Below, one piece after another: positions 27,358 to 43,399 of a stretch of DNA of 64,000 nucleotides. How positions within the stretch are numbered: the stretch's first letter is position 1; the number at the start of each line of letters is the position of its first letter. Source of the DNA: Chlorokybus atmophyticus (Eukaryota > Plantae > Mesostigma and Chlorokybus algae); the NCBI GenBank assembly GCA_009103225.1, contig RHPI01000026.1:691103-755102 (forward strand). Reading direction: 5' to 3'. Position numbers and translations under genes: made by a program. The notes under the pieces are model-generated. The model did not search any database and was not told the origin of the DNA. It was given only the letters and a program-made list of their open reading frames with translations.

Positions 27358-27460
27358 AAGCTGAGAAAACTAGGATCTGCTGCAAGAGTTGAACCCGCGA
27401 CCTTTCGCTCGCCAGGCTGAATCGAACAGCTCGGCCTCTCGGCCGCTACAGGTTTGAAGC
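27358..27460 (-). mobile_element. tRNA-derived SINE-like head with Pol III A/B boxes
   Basis: Minus strand reads gtagcggccgagagg (A-box-like), then aaggtcgcgggttcaactct (T-arm/B-box-like). No complete cloverleaf was recognised. Confidence 0.45.
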
Positions 27461-27779
27461 CTGCACCCAAGACCACTCAGGATCAGTCGAGCCTCAAAAC
27501 AGCAATCGTTTACACTATATATGTTTACAGCGTAGTTGGCTTCCTAGTCAAGTACAAGCCGCCCAATTGCGGCTAACTAACCAGCCTGTTTCAGCATTGC
27601 CAGTCACACCAGTTAAGAAGTTGCGCGCAATCGGCCAAACATGTCCCTTGGTCACTGCTTAGTATAGTGTCAGTGAGTTGTTAACCCTTCTGGCTACAAT
27701 TTGTAACCTACAAGGGTTAACAATTTTAGCAAATTGCAACAAGTTAGTAACCTTGATACCCCGTACAGTTAAAGAGAAA

Positions 27780-27894
27780 AAACCCTAGCGGCCGCACATC
27801 GGCACTGTGGCTGTGCTTGTTGGCGCCCTCGCTGTGCTCCTCCTTGTGCTCCTCCTTGTGCTTGGCGCAGAGTTAGGGTTTCGGATTAGGGTTT
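27780..27894. promoter_or_regulatory. Three telo-box-like motifs (AAACCCTA / TTAGGGTTT) upstream of ATG 27912
   Basis: aaaccctag 27780-27788; ttagggttt 27873-27881 and 27886-27894. Telo-boxes are known plant 5' cis-elements; function here is inferred. Confidence 0.4.
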
Positions 27895-27911
27895 CCTGGG
27901 CCAGGGGCCGA

Positions 27912-32363
<4,452 letters not shown>

Positions 32364-33789
32364 GTGGGAACTGACAGTGTGGGTCCTTTGTATCATTCAT
32401 CTTGTATAGTTGTACATCAAACTTCAGGACTGAAGATAAGTATATTATATGCGTGAACAGAAATAGACATCAATCATTGGCTGCTATAAGGCTGTGCCTA
32501 CTTGCATACTAGTGTGTACGGGGTGCTAGGACATACATGCGCAGGTTGGGCATGCGCACGCTGTTGCTGCATGATCAGTATGCATGCACGCAGTCATCAA
32601 CACATACCCAACATTCTACTGCAACCGCCAGGCTGTATGCCTACACTAACTTTACTACCCCTAGCCCCCAAAACAACCCGCAGTTACTGTCATACCTGCC
32701 ACACCGCCAGCAGCATTAGGCTTGCACATGACCACCATGATGACTAGGACGACCAGCAGACTCCCCCCGCCGCCGCTCCCAAACCCTCGACCGCCATGGT
32801 GGCCGTCGCCACTGCTTCCGCACTTTAGGTTTTCGTTAAGTGTCAGCACGCCATGCACGCACATTATGCATATGGTGTGCAGCACTCCCTCAGCCGCATT
32901 GGTCGTGTCTAGTCAAGTAACAATTTGCACCTTCGCTGGAGGCTGTGCCTGGTTGGTGCGCAGTCTTTGAGTGGTGCCTTTCTTGTAAACCAAGTTGCGT
33001 GACTTGTCCGCAGGTAGATAGACTATTATTTGCACATCTTGAGTACTTGCCTCTGCATGGGTTGCAGAGGCGAGTACTCGAGCAGCAAGCTCAAACATAC
33101 GCCACAAGCGTTTGCTCCGAATGCTACGCAGATAATCACACAACAGCTTTCTTTTCCATTTATAGCTTGCCGTTTGCCACAGCCAATTGGGCATACTACA
33201 ATGCAGCAGTTAAGCACTTTGCCATGCACTGTGGTTGAGTGTGGACTATCGCATCATCATGTTCATCGGCACTCGACACATGTAAACAAGTGTAAACGTG
33301 TTGGTGGTTTGTGTTACTTGCTGCATACATGATCACAGATGCGCTCAACCCACCCTGCACAGTGTTTCCCCATTATGCATTGTGGGCTTTGACTGCCTGC
33401 GTGTGCGCACGTGTGCAACTTTGAGCTGGGCGCCCAGCCTTTTTTATCACGGTTTGGCTTCAAGTGGCTGCATAATAAGACCATAAATTTGTGTGTTTCA
33501 GACTGCATGCAATTCTTCAGGTGTTCGTGCGTGTGCGTTCAATAGCCTAAAAAAGCGCCAGTGTGCTCTCAGCATACAGCGGCGGCGGCGGCGGTGGTGG
33601 CGGCGGTTGTGGTGGTGGCGGTGGCGGTGGCATTGTCGCTGGGCAATCTGTCTACAATCACTATAGGCCTCACGAACAGCACTTGTCATCATCGTCATCG
33701 TCAACAACAACCACAACAACGATAGCAACATCAGCCACAACCACAACCACAAGCACAACCACATCCACAGCCAAATCCACATCCACATT

Positions 33790-36715
33790 ATGACAAGCGA
33801 CGACCACCAGCTGCGTGTCCTCGTCACAGGCGGCGCCGGCTTCGTCGGCTCCCACCTCGTCGATAGGCAAGCCCTCTTCCTCCTCCCCCTCCTCCACTCC
33901 CTGCTAATTCTCATGCATTCAGGTTGATGGCGGCGGGGCATCAGGTGATCGTGGCGGACAACTACTTCACTGGACACAAGCGCAATGTGCAGCAGTGGAT
34001 TGGTCATCCCAACTTTGAACTCATCCGACACGGTGGGTACAACTGAATTCACATGTGCACACAATTGTGGACAACTGTGGACTTGTGTAAGGGTGCAAAT
34101 GCATGGCCACATGGACATACATGCACGCTTTTGAACACATTGCATGAAGCGAGACAAATGGACAGATGGAGTGTGTGTGTTGAAAATCAGCGCTAATGCT
34201 GGTTTGGGCACAGCACAGCTTGCCTTGCACAGTGTCACTTTAGTAAGGCAAATGGTGTGTGTGGAACTGATGCGCGCACACGAACACGCATACATGCACA
34301 CACACGCACGCAGACATAGGCACACGTGCTGTGTGCACATACAGACACGTGCATGCACTTGTGCGCGCGCGCTGTGTGCACATACAGTCGCATGCGCGCA
34401 TGCACACGCACACACGCGCATACTCACACACATACAAACGCATGTGTGCACAATTGATGGTGGTGTGCAGACGTGACGGAGCCGCTTTTGGTTGAGGTGG
34501 ACAGGATATACCATTTGGCGTGCCCGGCCTCGCCCGTACACTACAAGTACAACCCCATCAAGGTGGGCACTGCAGCTGTTAGTGAGGTGTTCATCTAGTG
34601 TGCGCGCGCGTCCCTGTGTGCGAGATTGTCCGTGTCATCTTGCAGACCATCAAGACCAACGTCTTGGGCACGATGAACATGCTGGGCTTGGCCAAACGCA
34701 CGCGCGCAAGGTACATGTTGTGCATGTATACAGCATACCCGCCGCAATGCATGCATTCGTTCGTTCATCCTTGTTGTGTCGCCGCCGTCCAAGTTGTTCA
34801 CCTAACATCTTGGTTATACATCACAATTGCAAGGATGGTAAAGTCTTCATGCAGTCTCTCTTGCTCCTTGCAGGATACTGCTAGCAAGCACATCAGAAGT
34901 GTACGGCGACCCTCAGGTGCATCTTTCACTGCCTACAATGTGTGGTGTCACTGCTGTGCGTGCGTGCGTGTGTGCGTGCGTATGAGCGACACCATGTGTT
35001 GTATGCGCAAAGTTGTGTTGTTGTAAGAAAGTACTTGTTTGGTTTTATGGATATCGACTCGGTCATCAGGTGCATCCGCAACCAGAGAGCTACTGGGGCC
35101 ACGTCAACCCTATAGGTATCAACGCATTCATCCATGAAGGACGACCCTCTTAGTTCTCTGTGTGCGCGTGTGTACGTCCGCATGTGCATGCATACGTGCA
35201 CGGGTATGGGTGTTTACATTTGTTTTTGAATTTGGTTGTAACATTCAAGGTGTGAGGAGTTGTTACGATGAAGGCAAGCGCTTAGCCGAGACCCTCATGT
35301 TCGATTATCACCGCCAACACAATGTAGGTCAGTGAATCCAACAACCCTCTCACACATCACCCGTTCCGACAAGCATGTGTTGCCTCATCATCATGAAGTT
35401 TATATGCCTAATCTCTGGTATGTGGCATAATGACGGCAGATATTAGAGTGGCCCGCATCTTCAACACGTACGGCCCGCGCATGCACATCTCGGATGGCCG
35501 CGTTGTCAGCAACTTTGTCTGCCAGGCTCTGAGGTAGGCTGATACCATTCCTTGCTTACATCAATGCTAGTTTATGTGGTTAGTCGTTGTTTTTGTCCCC
35601 TGTTCTTTCGCGCGTGCGATGGTCACGAGACACATGTGTGTGTGTACTGTTTTTCAGAGGGGAGCCCATGACTGTGTATAAGCCCGGGACGCAAACGCGC
35701 AGCTTCTGCTATGTATCCGACTTGGTGAGCGTGTGCGCCTGTGTGCATATGCATGCGCGCAGGTGCGGCTTTCAATGCGTTCCTCGTGCTCCACCCAAGT
35801 GCTAGTCCACGCCGTATGCATGCAACTACTCGTCATGTGGGCTCATGCAACGCGTGTTTTATTTCTGCTCCTTACACCAATGCAACTGTGGCGGGGCCAG
35901 GTTGAGGGCCTGATAAGGTTGATGGAGAGCGACGAGATTGGTCCTGTCAACCTCGGCAATCCAGGTGTAAAAACACTCGCCGCACTGAATGCCGCATTGT
36001 TTTTGATTCACTTACAGCACAGTCCAACCAGAGTCCGGAGCTTTTGTTCATGTGTTGCGCTTGCGCACAAATACCCCATGCCAATGTGCGAGCGGGTTTC
36101 TTGCGTGTTTTTCTTCAGGGGAGTTCACCATCAACGAGCTGGCGAGCCTGGTCAAGGAGGTGACTAATGTGGTGGTCTCGCTGCCATGAAATCAGTGTGA
36201 TGTGTAGCATTTGGCACTGGAACGCGCTTCATATTTAACGCATGTGCAGCCAGTACCAACACGTGTTTGTGTGCGGTGTTGGCAGCTTGTGGAACCCAAC
36301 GCAACGGTTGAAGTCAAGGAGAACACGCCGGACGATCCGATGCAGCGCAAGCCCGACATATCCAAAGCCAAAACAGCCCTCGGCTGGGAACCGATGGTGC
36401 GTTTCCAGTTGCGCGTGGGTTGGTGTGCGCGTGTACGCTTGCGTGTGTGAGTGTATGCATGCATGCATGCGTGCGTGCTTGCTTGCGTGTTCAGTTGTGT
36501 GTGTGCACCCCATTCCACAACGGTATCAGTCATAAACGAACTTGTATCCATGTTGTGGGCATTGGAGGAGGGTGCATGTAGCCAAGCCTAGTTCAACCTC
36601 TGCTTGTTGGTCACTTAGTGTTGAACGTGTGGCATTGCGACTCCAGGTGCCTCTTCGAGGAGGACTTGTGCGAATGGCTGATGAGTTCAGGGAGCGGCTC
36701 GGGTTGACAAAGTGA
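33790..36715 (+). CDS. UXS: UDP-glucuronic acid decarboxylase / UDP-xylose synthase, multi-exon
   Basis: [141 protein letters not shown]; TGA 36713-36715. The true start may lie upstream. Confidence 0.95.
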
Positions 36716-37367
36716 GCACGCTTGCGCAAGGTTGTAGCACACGAACATGCACCCCATGAACACGTGCACACCACACATTGGCAACAGGTGTGATCAACAA
36801 AGTTGGCGAGCGTGTGCATGTTGTGAACAGAGCTTGAACACGTCAACCGTGATTGTCCTGCCCTTCAGCGTGTGTGTTTTACCATCAATGTGCCATGTCT
36901 TGTTGTGTTATGTAACTTGTCTTGCACCTGCTATCACCTTCTATAGCACAATGCGGTGGCTGGAAGTTTGATGTTGTGCAGGTAGCTGGACATCGTGTGT
37001 TGCTGATTGGAAACCAGTAGCGATCAGTAATCACCGGATAGCGATGCTGTGAATTCCCCTGTGGACTGGAACCTTGCATCACTGCAGTACATACCAGACC
37101 CAGACATGTGCAGTCGCTATACTGTCTGCAACATACATACATATTGGGCAATGCTGATACACAAGCTGGACATATGAACCCGTGCACACAACAGCACGTT
37201 ATTTATCATTTTATCATTCATGTACGCATGCACGAAAGACAATAGCGCAGGATTCAAGACAGCTTTCCCACGCGGACAGTATGCATGCGTTGCTAGCTAT
37301 ACCACAAGAGCTAACTCAACGAAAGCGAATTGCGCTCAATTAACCTGCAACTGCAAGCTGGTCGCAA

Positions 37368-39622
37368 CTACGCGTCACTCAGATTGAGCGATGCCACATC
37401 TGCAGGCACAACATCGGTCCGATATGTGTCTTGCAAGCCGAGCGGGATGAACAAGTCGCGCAGCTTGCGTGCAACACGTCGCAGCTGGTCACTGTCTATC
37501 CTGCTCAAGACCTTGTCCTCAAATAGGAGTGTCATAGCCGTCCATTTGCTGTCAATGGCCGAGGGGTAGCCGAGGGGCGCCTTGCGCCAATGCAATCCAC
37601 CTTGCGTCGCCCAATACAGAAATACATACAAAGCTGATTCGAGCTCGGAAGAAACTGTTTGCGGCCTTTTTTGCAACGTGGTGATCGCCATGAACAAAGG
37701 CGTCCCCGTTGCAAACCCGTCGGTCGCTGCCTGCAAACATATGCACATATCTTCATGCAATGTACAACAAAGCAAAATGACAACATGCAAGTATATCACA
37801 TGGGCTTGTATAACGGTACCTGACTCAAAAGACGAGCTTCACCGAAGTCGATAAGCATGATGCTCCCATCAGCTCTGCCAACCACGTTGAATGCAGAGAT
37901 ATCTCCGTGAAGATAGCCTCTGTCTGCAACTGCACCGATAGCAGCACATAGCTGCTCAAATGCTCTCACAATCATCAATGGCTCTAGTGGTGAAAAAAGG
38001 TCGCCAACGGGCTGCATGATCAAATAATGCTTTTCATCGTTGTCGACTGCCATGCCCACGAGGTTGACAACGCTGTCGACCTCGGTCAATGCTACCAAAG
38101 CTTGTCTCTGTCAAGCAGCCACATGTTGACATACAGCACATTCAACAACACTGTCCGTGCGCTACCACACCTTGATGCCCGTTTGCTGTCATTGTGTGCA
38201 TGTAAGCAATTGCACACCTCACATTCCTGTTGCTCCGCGTTGTGGCTGTGCTTGGCAATGGCCCAGCCATGGTCAGGTTGTAGCTCGCCGCGATAGACGT
38301 AGGAGATGAGCGGTGATAGCATGCCTTCATCCTTGCTGCTTGACTCCTTCATGAGAAACAGCTCCAGAGACTTGCCATTATAATGCCCACTATATAGTCG
38401 TAAAGGAGATGGTAGATATGGCCGCCTGTAACCCAAAGTCTCTGGTGCTGTACACCATAACCGAACCAGGGTCTGCAGAGCTGGAGACCTCCGGTCCAAA
38501 GTCAACGCCTGTTGTGGGGTACAGCGAATAGTCCCGAGCCTGTCCAAGCTCCACAGTTGCAAGCAATCGATACCACCCGTGATTGCCACCCACTCATTGC
38601 GGGCAGGCTGCTCCCTCTTTAGATCCTCCAAGTGCACCTTTGTTTGATACAAGGCTTCACGTTGCAACGTCGTTTCCCGAAGAGCTTTCTTGACCTCAAC
38701 ATACCACACAATGTGTGGAGCTGTTGCATAGGCAGAGTCCGTAATTGTAAGATCTGGTTTTCGGTGTAGTCCGGGAACGCCGGTTGCATGTGTATCCTGC
38801 ACATGCAACCGGCGTTCCTGCCCTCCTCCGGGCCTCACGGACTGCAACTTGGACAGGATTGTGTAATAAAGCTTTTGCACAGGCTCTTCGAGTTGTTGCT
38901 GGCTGGCCTCAAGAAAACGCGCTTGAACGTCTTGTGCTTGAAGGAGAGATGTCAACACGTCTTCTTCAATGTAGGCCAACTTTGCAAGCAACTCTTCAGT
39001 GTAAATAGCAGACTCCATGAGCTTATTGCCTGCTTCTACTGGCTGCGTGACTGTTGTAGCACGCCCGTCATAGCGCGCCAATCGTTCTTCAAGCCGCTCC
39101 AGCCGGTCCTCTAGTGTGACAGGTCTGGCAGATGGCGCACCTGCACGAATGCACCCGCCGGAGTCAGCACAAAGTACAAGACAGTCAAGCGTGCACACTC
39201 GTGCGAACAAGCCATTGAGACATCGAGGGAGGTGGGGAGCAAATAGGGTGCTGTGCGATGCAGCTCCTGGAGCATACTTGTTTGCAAGACACCCATGGCC
39301 AAGGCAGACACAGCATGCCTTGTAAAGCGCACATGGCCAAGGCCAGGGCCAGTAGCAAGACCTCACCTGGGCCAGCAAGAGGGGCTTGCTGCTGTGGCAC
39401 AACAGTGATTTCATACTCAGCGCCAGCATTGAATGTGATATCGGAAAGCATCTCCAACTGACCCGAGCAATGGCCAACGCGCACGAAGACTTCACCAAGC
39501 TTCACAGAAAACTGCGAGGCCTGGTAAGCTTCCAGCACGAAAGCAACTTTCACCCGTCCTTCCACCAGCAAATACGATGCTCGGCTGCCACCCGCCTCGG
39601 TAAAATGCACAAGCGGATTCAT
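37368..39622 (-). CDS. Crinkler/RHS-like protein: small N-terminal header, PD-(D/E)xK REase-like domain, fungal-type (FunK1) protein kinase; 4 exons
   Basis: Exons 39622-39367, 39140-38218, about 38110-37820, about 37733-37368 splice in frame. REase-like RKPDLTITD...WYVEVKK...EALYQ. Kinase WAIAKH...E, GYLHGDISAFN, LIDFGEA, TGTPLFMA, ELESALYVFLYW. Confidence 0.8.
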
Positions 39623-40643
39623 TGAGATGGGTTGCTGATCACCCCTCTCACCCTGTTGCTGAGCACATAAGAGAAGAAACACAATGCCACTTGAGTGACA
39701 AGCTGTATCAAGATGGCTGAGCGCGGCGTTGTTGAGCAGGAGACAGGATGGCTGGCAGACGACATGACAGTACCAAGCAACACAGAGAGAGACAGAGCGA
39801 GAGAGAGCTGATACCTGCCGCTATGGAATGATCCGCCGCAGTCGCAGCAGGCAGAGGGGAGCCTCCAGCAGCAGCGCTTGCAGCGGCCAGGCCGGGTGGT
39901 CAATGCAGGAAACAGGAGGGCGGCACTGTCCTGCGTCCCGCGTCCGAGGGCTGCCCGCTGGTCGTTCTCCCTGTCTTCAGCGGCTGTGACCAACGCCATC
40001 GTCGTTGCCTTGCCCCGCCGCAAGCCGTGTGCAAGCCTCTTCCGATCCTTCTTCTGCCCTTCATACTCCTAAGCCTGTTGACAAGCAATACCACTTAGCA
40101 CACAGTGACAGATTGCGCATTTGACAGGTTCATGTGTTTAGTGCCGTGCAAAGCTACTGCGCTTGTTTGGGCATTATCAGCTTGTTTCATGACAAGCAGT
40201 GTGTCCTGTGAATGTAAATGCGCAGCAAATGTGCATAAGCGGGCATGAACAGCGTCTAAGACATGGAGTATGTTCTGTTTGATGCATTGCACAGCTACTG
40301 CGCAGTGCAGGCATGAACAGCTGTTTCTAGAAGCAAGTTGTCCTATACGAAAACATGAGATCTCTCCCGCTCGAGGGAGTTTAGCGAAAGAGACATGACG
40401 AGAGGCTCGGAGGCAGACGACATGTGAAACGAGAGAGAGAGAGGCTACCTGCCACCGTGCGATGAGGTAAAGGTGGGGGGGGCTGATCCGCCGTCACCGC
40501 AGGCACAGGGGACCGTTAGGCAGCAGCGCTTGTATGGGGAGACGGCCGGCGTTATCCTCCCTCACCGCACAGAGGGCTGGCCGCTGGTCGTTCCCCCTCT
40601 CGCCCTCCCTCTGTCCGACTACCGTGCCGTCGTCGCCTTTGCC

Positions 40644-40675
<32 letters not shown>

Positions 40676-41959
40676 TGCCAGCGCCTTTAACCTCTTCTCT
40701 CGGAGTTGACACGGCGACAGTGCTGCTTGCGTTGCTCAATGACATGTGCAATGATGTGTGCGGCAGCACGTAGGGTGTGGCATGTGTAAGGGGTATGGTA
40801 CTGTGCAAGCATGCATAGGGTATAAGTCGCATTCCACACTTGCAGACTGTGCAAGACGTGTCGAATGGTGCAGTGGCCAGCGACTAGCGCTGTACACCCA
40901 TGTCCGGTTGTCTGTGAAACGGTGCAAAGCATCGTGACTGGCAATGCACCTTGGCGAGCCTTTGGTGAGCTGAGCAACTACACGCATCATTTTGCGCTGG
41001 CTTGCTATAAGTTATTCATTGCGGCGAGGCATAGTTGTGACAGGTACGAACAAACCGCATTGTTCAGCGTCTGCTGCATGCTTGGATGGACAGGGTGCAC
41101 ATGAGCTCATGCATGTCACCAGTGGTCAGTATTTGATACATGCAATGTGGAAGAGGAAGTAAATAAGAGATAGTATGCTAGGCTAGTAACATGCATGGTG
41201 ACACACACAACCTGTACTGTCATGCACAACATGCAGCATATAATACAAGCAATGGCATGCGAGTACTTTATACCACCGGGCTGCTGCTAGCTCCTAACAC
41301 AACTCACTAACCCCTACCCAATTAGCTCACACAGCATGCATGTAGTCAAGTAGTTACCTGCCCACACGGGCGCCGTGCTTGAGCAGCAAATAATTATGGT
41401 GCAACATGCACTCGGCATTCCAACAGACACTACATGCATGTCGATAATATCGTATGCATGCATGTGCAGAGCACTACAGCAGTACAGCAGGCCAAAAGAT
41501 TGACCACACATGTGTGGCAAAACTGACATTCACAGTCTGCACAACTCTACTTTACAAGGGCACTTGCGCACGCAACTGCCGCCGATGCCATGCAACGACC
41601 TCAGCGTACTGCAAGTTGGCCCCAAAGATGTCGAGAGCGCTGCCCATAGACACATCAACATGTCCAGTTTTGCACACGCGCATTCAGTTGTACCTACCAT
41701 GTCTGATAAGCTCAAAGTATGACCAGTCAATCGTTGCACATTGCACTTATGTCCGGTGCATTAGTTGTCCTCCACGACCACCTGATGCCCCGCCGCCATC
41801 AACCTGCTTTGCCACAAAGCTTGAGATAAGATGAGGGAAGGAGGAGAAGGAGCGGGGTTTGCCTGTCATGCATGACAGATACCATGCGACAGTACCCACT
41901 TCTTGCTCCATGTCTACGGTAGCTTCCGGCACGTGTTGCCTCAGAAATAGTAGATAGGC

Positions 41960-42836
41960 TGTCGTGCCTGCCATGGTTGAGGGTCACGCTGTCTCGGGCA
42001 CACTGTAGACGAGCGCCCATGCCGTGGGCATGCTGGTGCTAAGCGCAGCATTAGAGCAACACAAATAAAGACAACCCCCCCGACATAGGCATAGGCTCGG
42101 GGATGAACCTATGTGCGGATCTGATCAGTAGTAGAGCTGGTGACGCTCTACTCCTGATCATACCTACTGTGCTGTAGTACACACAGTCAACAAGCCACTA
42201 CGATAGGTAGTGCTATATACACAATTCTTTGCATGAGTGGATGATGTGTTACACTATTACACTATTAAGTGAGGTGATTGAACAAGCAACTCAGAGATGC
42301 TATGTCCTGACTGATGCAGCAAACACACCACTGCCAAGCTCACAGCAATAACAAGCAAAGCGCACAAGAGCATCCACTGTGTTTTACGCAGTGAGGTAGT
42401 TCTTTGCAACAAGGACGGTGTGCTTCCAGTTCAAGTCGCTTCACAAGCTCTTAAAGTCAAAGTCTCTACTCCTAGTACTTACTTACAGTGTCACCAGCGA
42501 GTCTAGTGACAAGATTTCCTACTTATACATGTCAGATCACGACTGTGCAGTGCCACGCGGGCACTAGGCCAACGGTCACATCGAGGCCGTATGCTACTAC
42601 GGAAATCCTCTAAGACTCGATATAGCACATGAGCTGATAACAGATTCCTAACGGATCAGCTACGCGCAGTTCCTACAGCGAGGTCTGTGGAGTAGCCCTA
42701 GCTACATGCTACATGAAGTACGAAGTAGCTAGCAGTGGGCTGGGGCGCGCACGGTCTTCATGCAGGTAGCCCGGGCTTGGGGCTGGATGTAGGCATGCTC
42801 GCGGACCACTGGCATGCGAGGGTGGTTGGCATGACA
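41960..42836. repeat. Terminal repeat unit A+B (877 bp, TG...CA)
   Basis: 41960-42197 is colinear with 42839-43071; 42198-42836 is colinear with 58164-58768 (diverged, one non-homologous block of tens of bp). Confidence 0.9.
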
Positions 42837-43146
42837 GCTGTCGTGCCTGCCATAGTCAAGGGTCACAACGTTTCGGGCATACTGTAGACGAGCGCCCATG
42901 CTGTGGGCATGCTGGTGCTAAGCGCAGCATTGCAGCAATACAAACAAAAACAACCCCAGACATAGGCATAGGCTCGAGGATGACCTATGTGAGGATCTGA
43001 TCAGTAGTAGAGCTGGCGACTCTCCTCTTTATTATACCGACTGTGCTGTAGTACAGACAGTCAACAAGCCACCCCCCCTGAGGTTCTGGGGTAGCCTCCT
43101 GCTCAAGGACTCAGGTTCTTCCACTGTGTGGGAGACCGTTGATGCG

Positions 43147-43281
43147 GCAGTTATCACACCCATACTCCCACAGAGGCACCTTGTCAAATGGAGGGTCAAG
43201 GCAGTAACAGTGCATGCCTTGGTTGCAGCCTTCGCATAACAGCATCACCGGGTCATTGTCGGCATTGCCACATTTCTCGCA
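43147..43281 (-). CDS. PHD finger at the C-terminus of the gypsy integrase
   Basis: CEKCGNADNDPVMLLCEGCNQGMHCYCLDPPFDKVPLWEYGCDNC fits the C4HC3 spacing. Confidence 0.92.
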
Positions 43282-43399
43282 GCGGGTGCTTCGCAGGGGG
43301 GGTCGCGGGTGCTGGATCTTGCCGAAGCCAGCAATGTGGGGAAGATGATAGGGCGCGCAGTTCACCATGTTGTCCTTCATGCATTCGCCTTGTTGTCCC

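Noticed and set aside
26549-27364. 271-aa Cys-rich repeat ORF, or a CRISPR array
   Set aside because: The ORF follows from a stop-free 129-bp unit and has no convincing start or splice context. There are no unique spacers or cas genes, and the host is eukaryotic.
27385-27450. Functional tRNA gene
   Set aside because: Only A/B-box-like pieces; no pairing acceptor stem or clear anticodon arm.
39806-40680. Two diverged GC-rich segments (about 39806-40020 and 40443-40660) as a gene
   Set aside because: They look like an old local duplication, but no consistent frame or domain is shared.
41960-42836. An independent solo LTR next to a second LTR interrupted by another element
   Set aside because: The A+B unit has no TSD, and the 15-kb internal region has no LTRs of its own, so it must belong to A' and B'. 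Not fully excluded without other copies.
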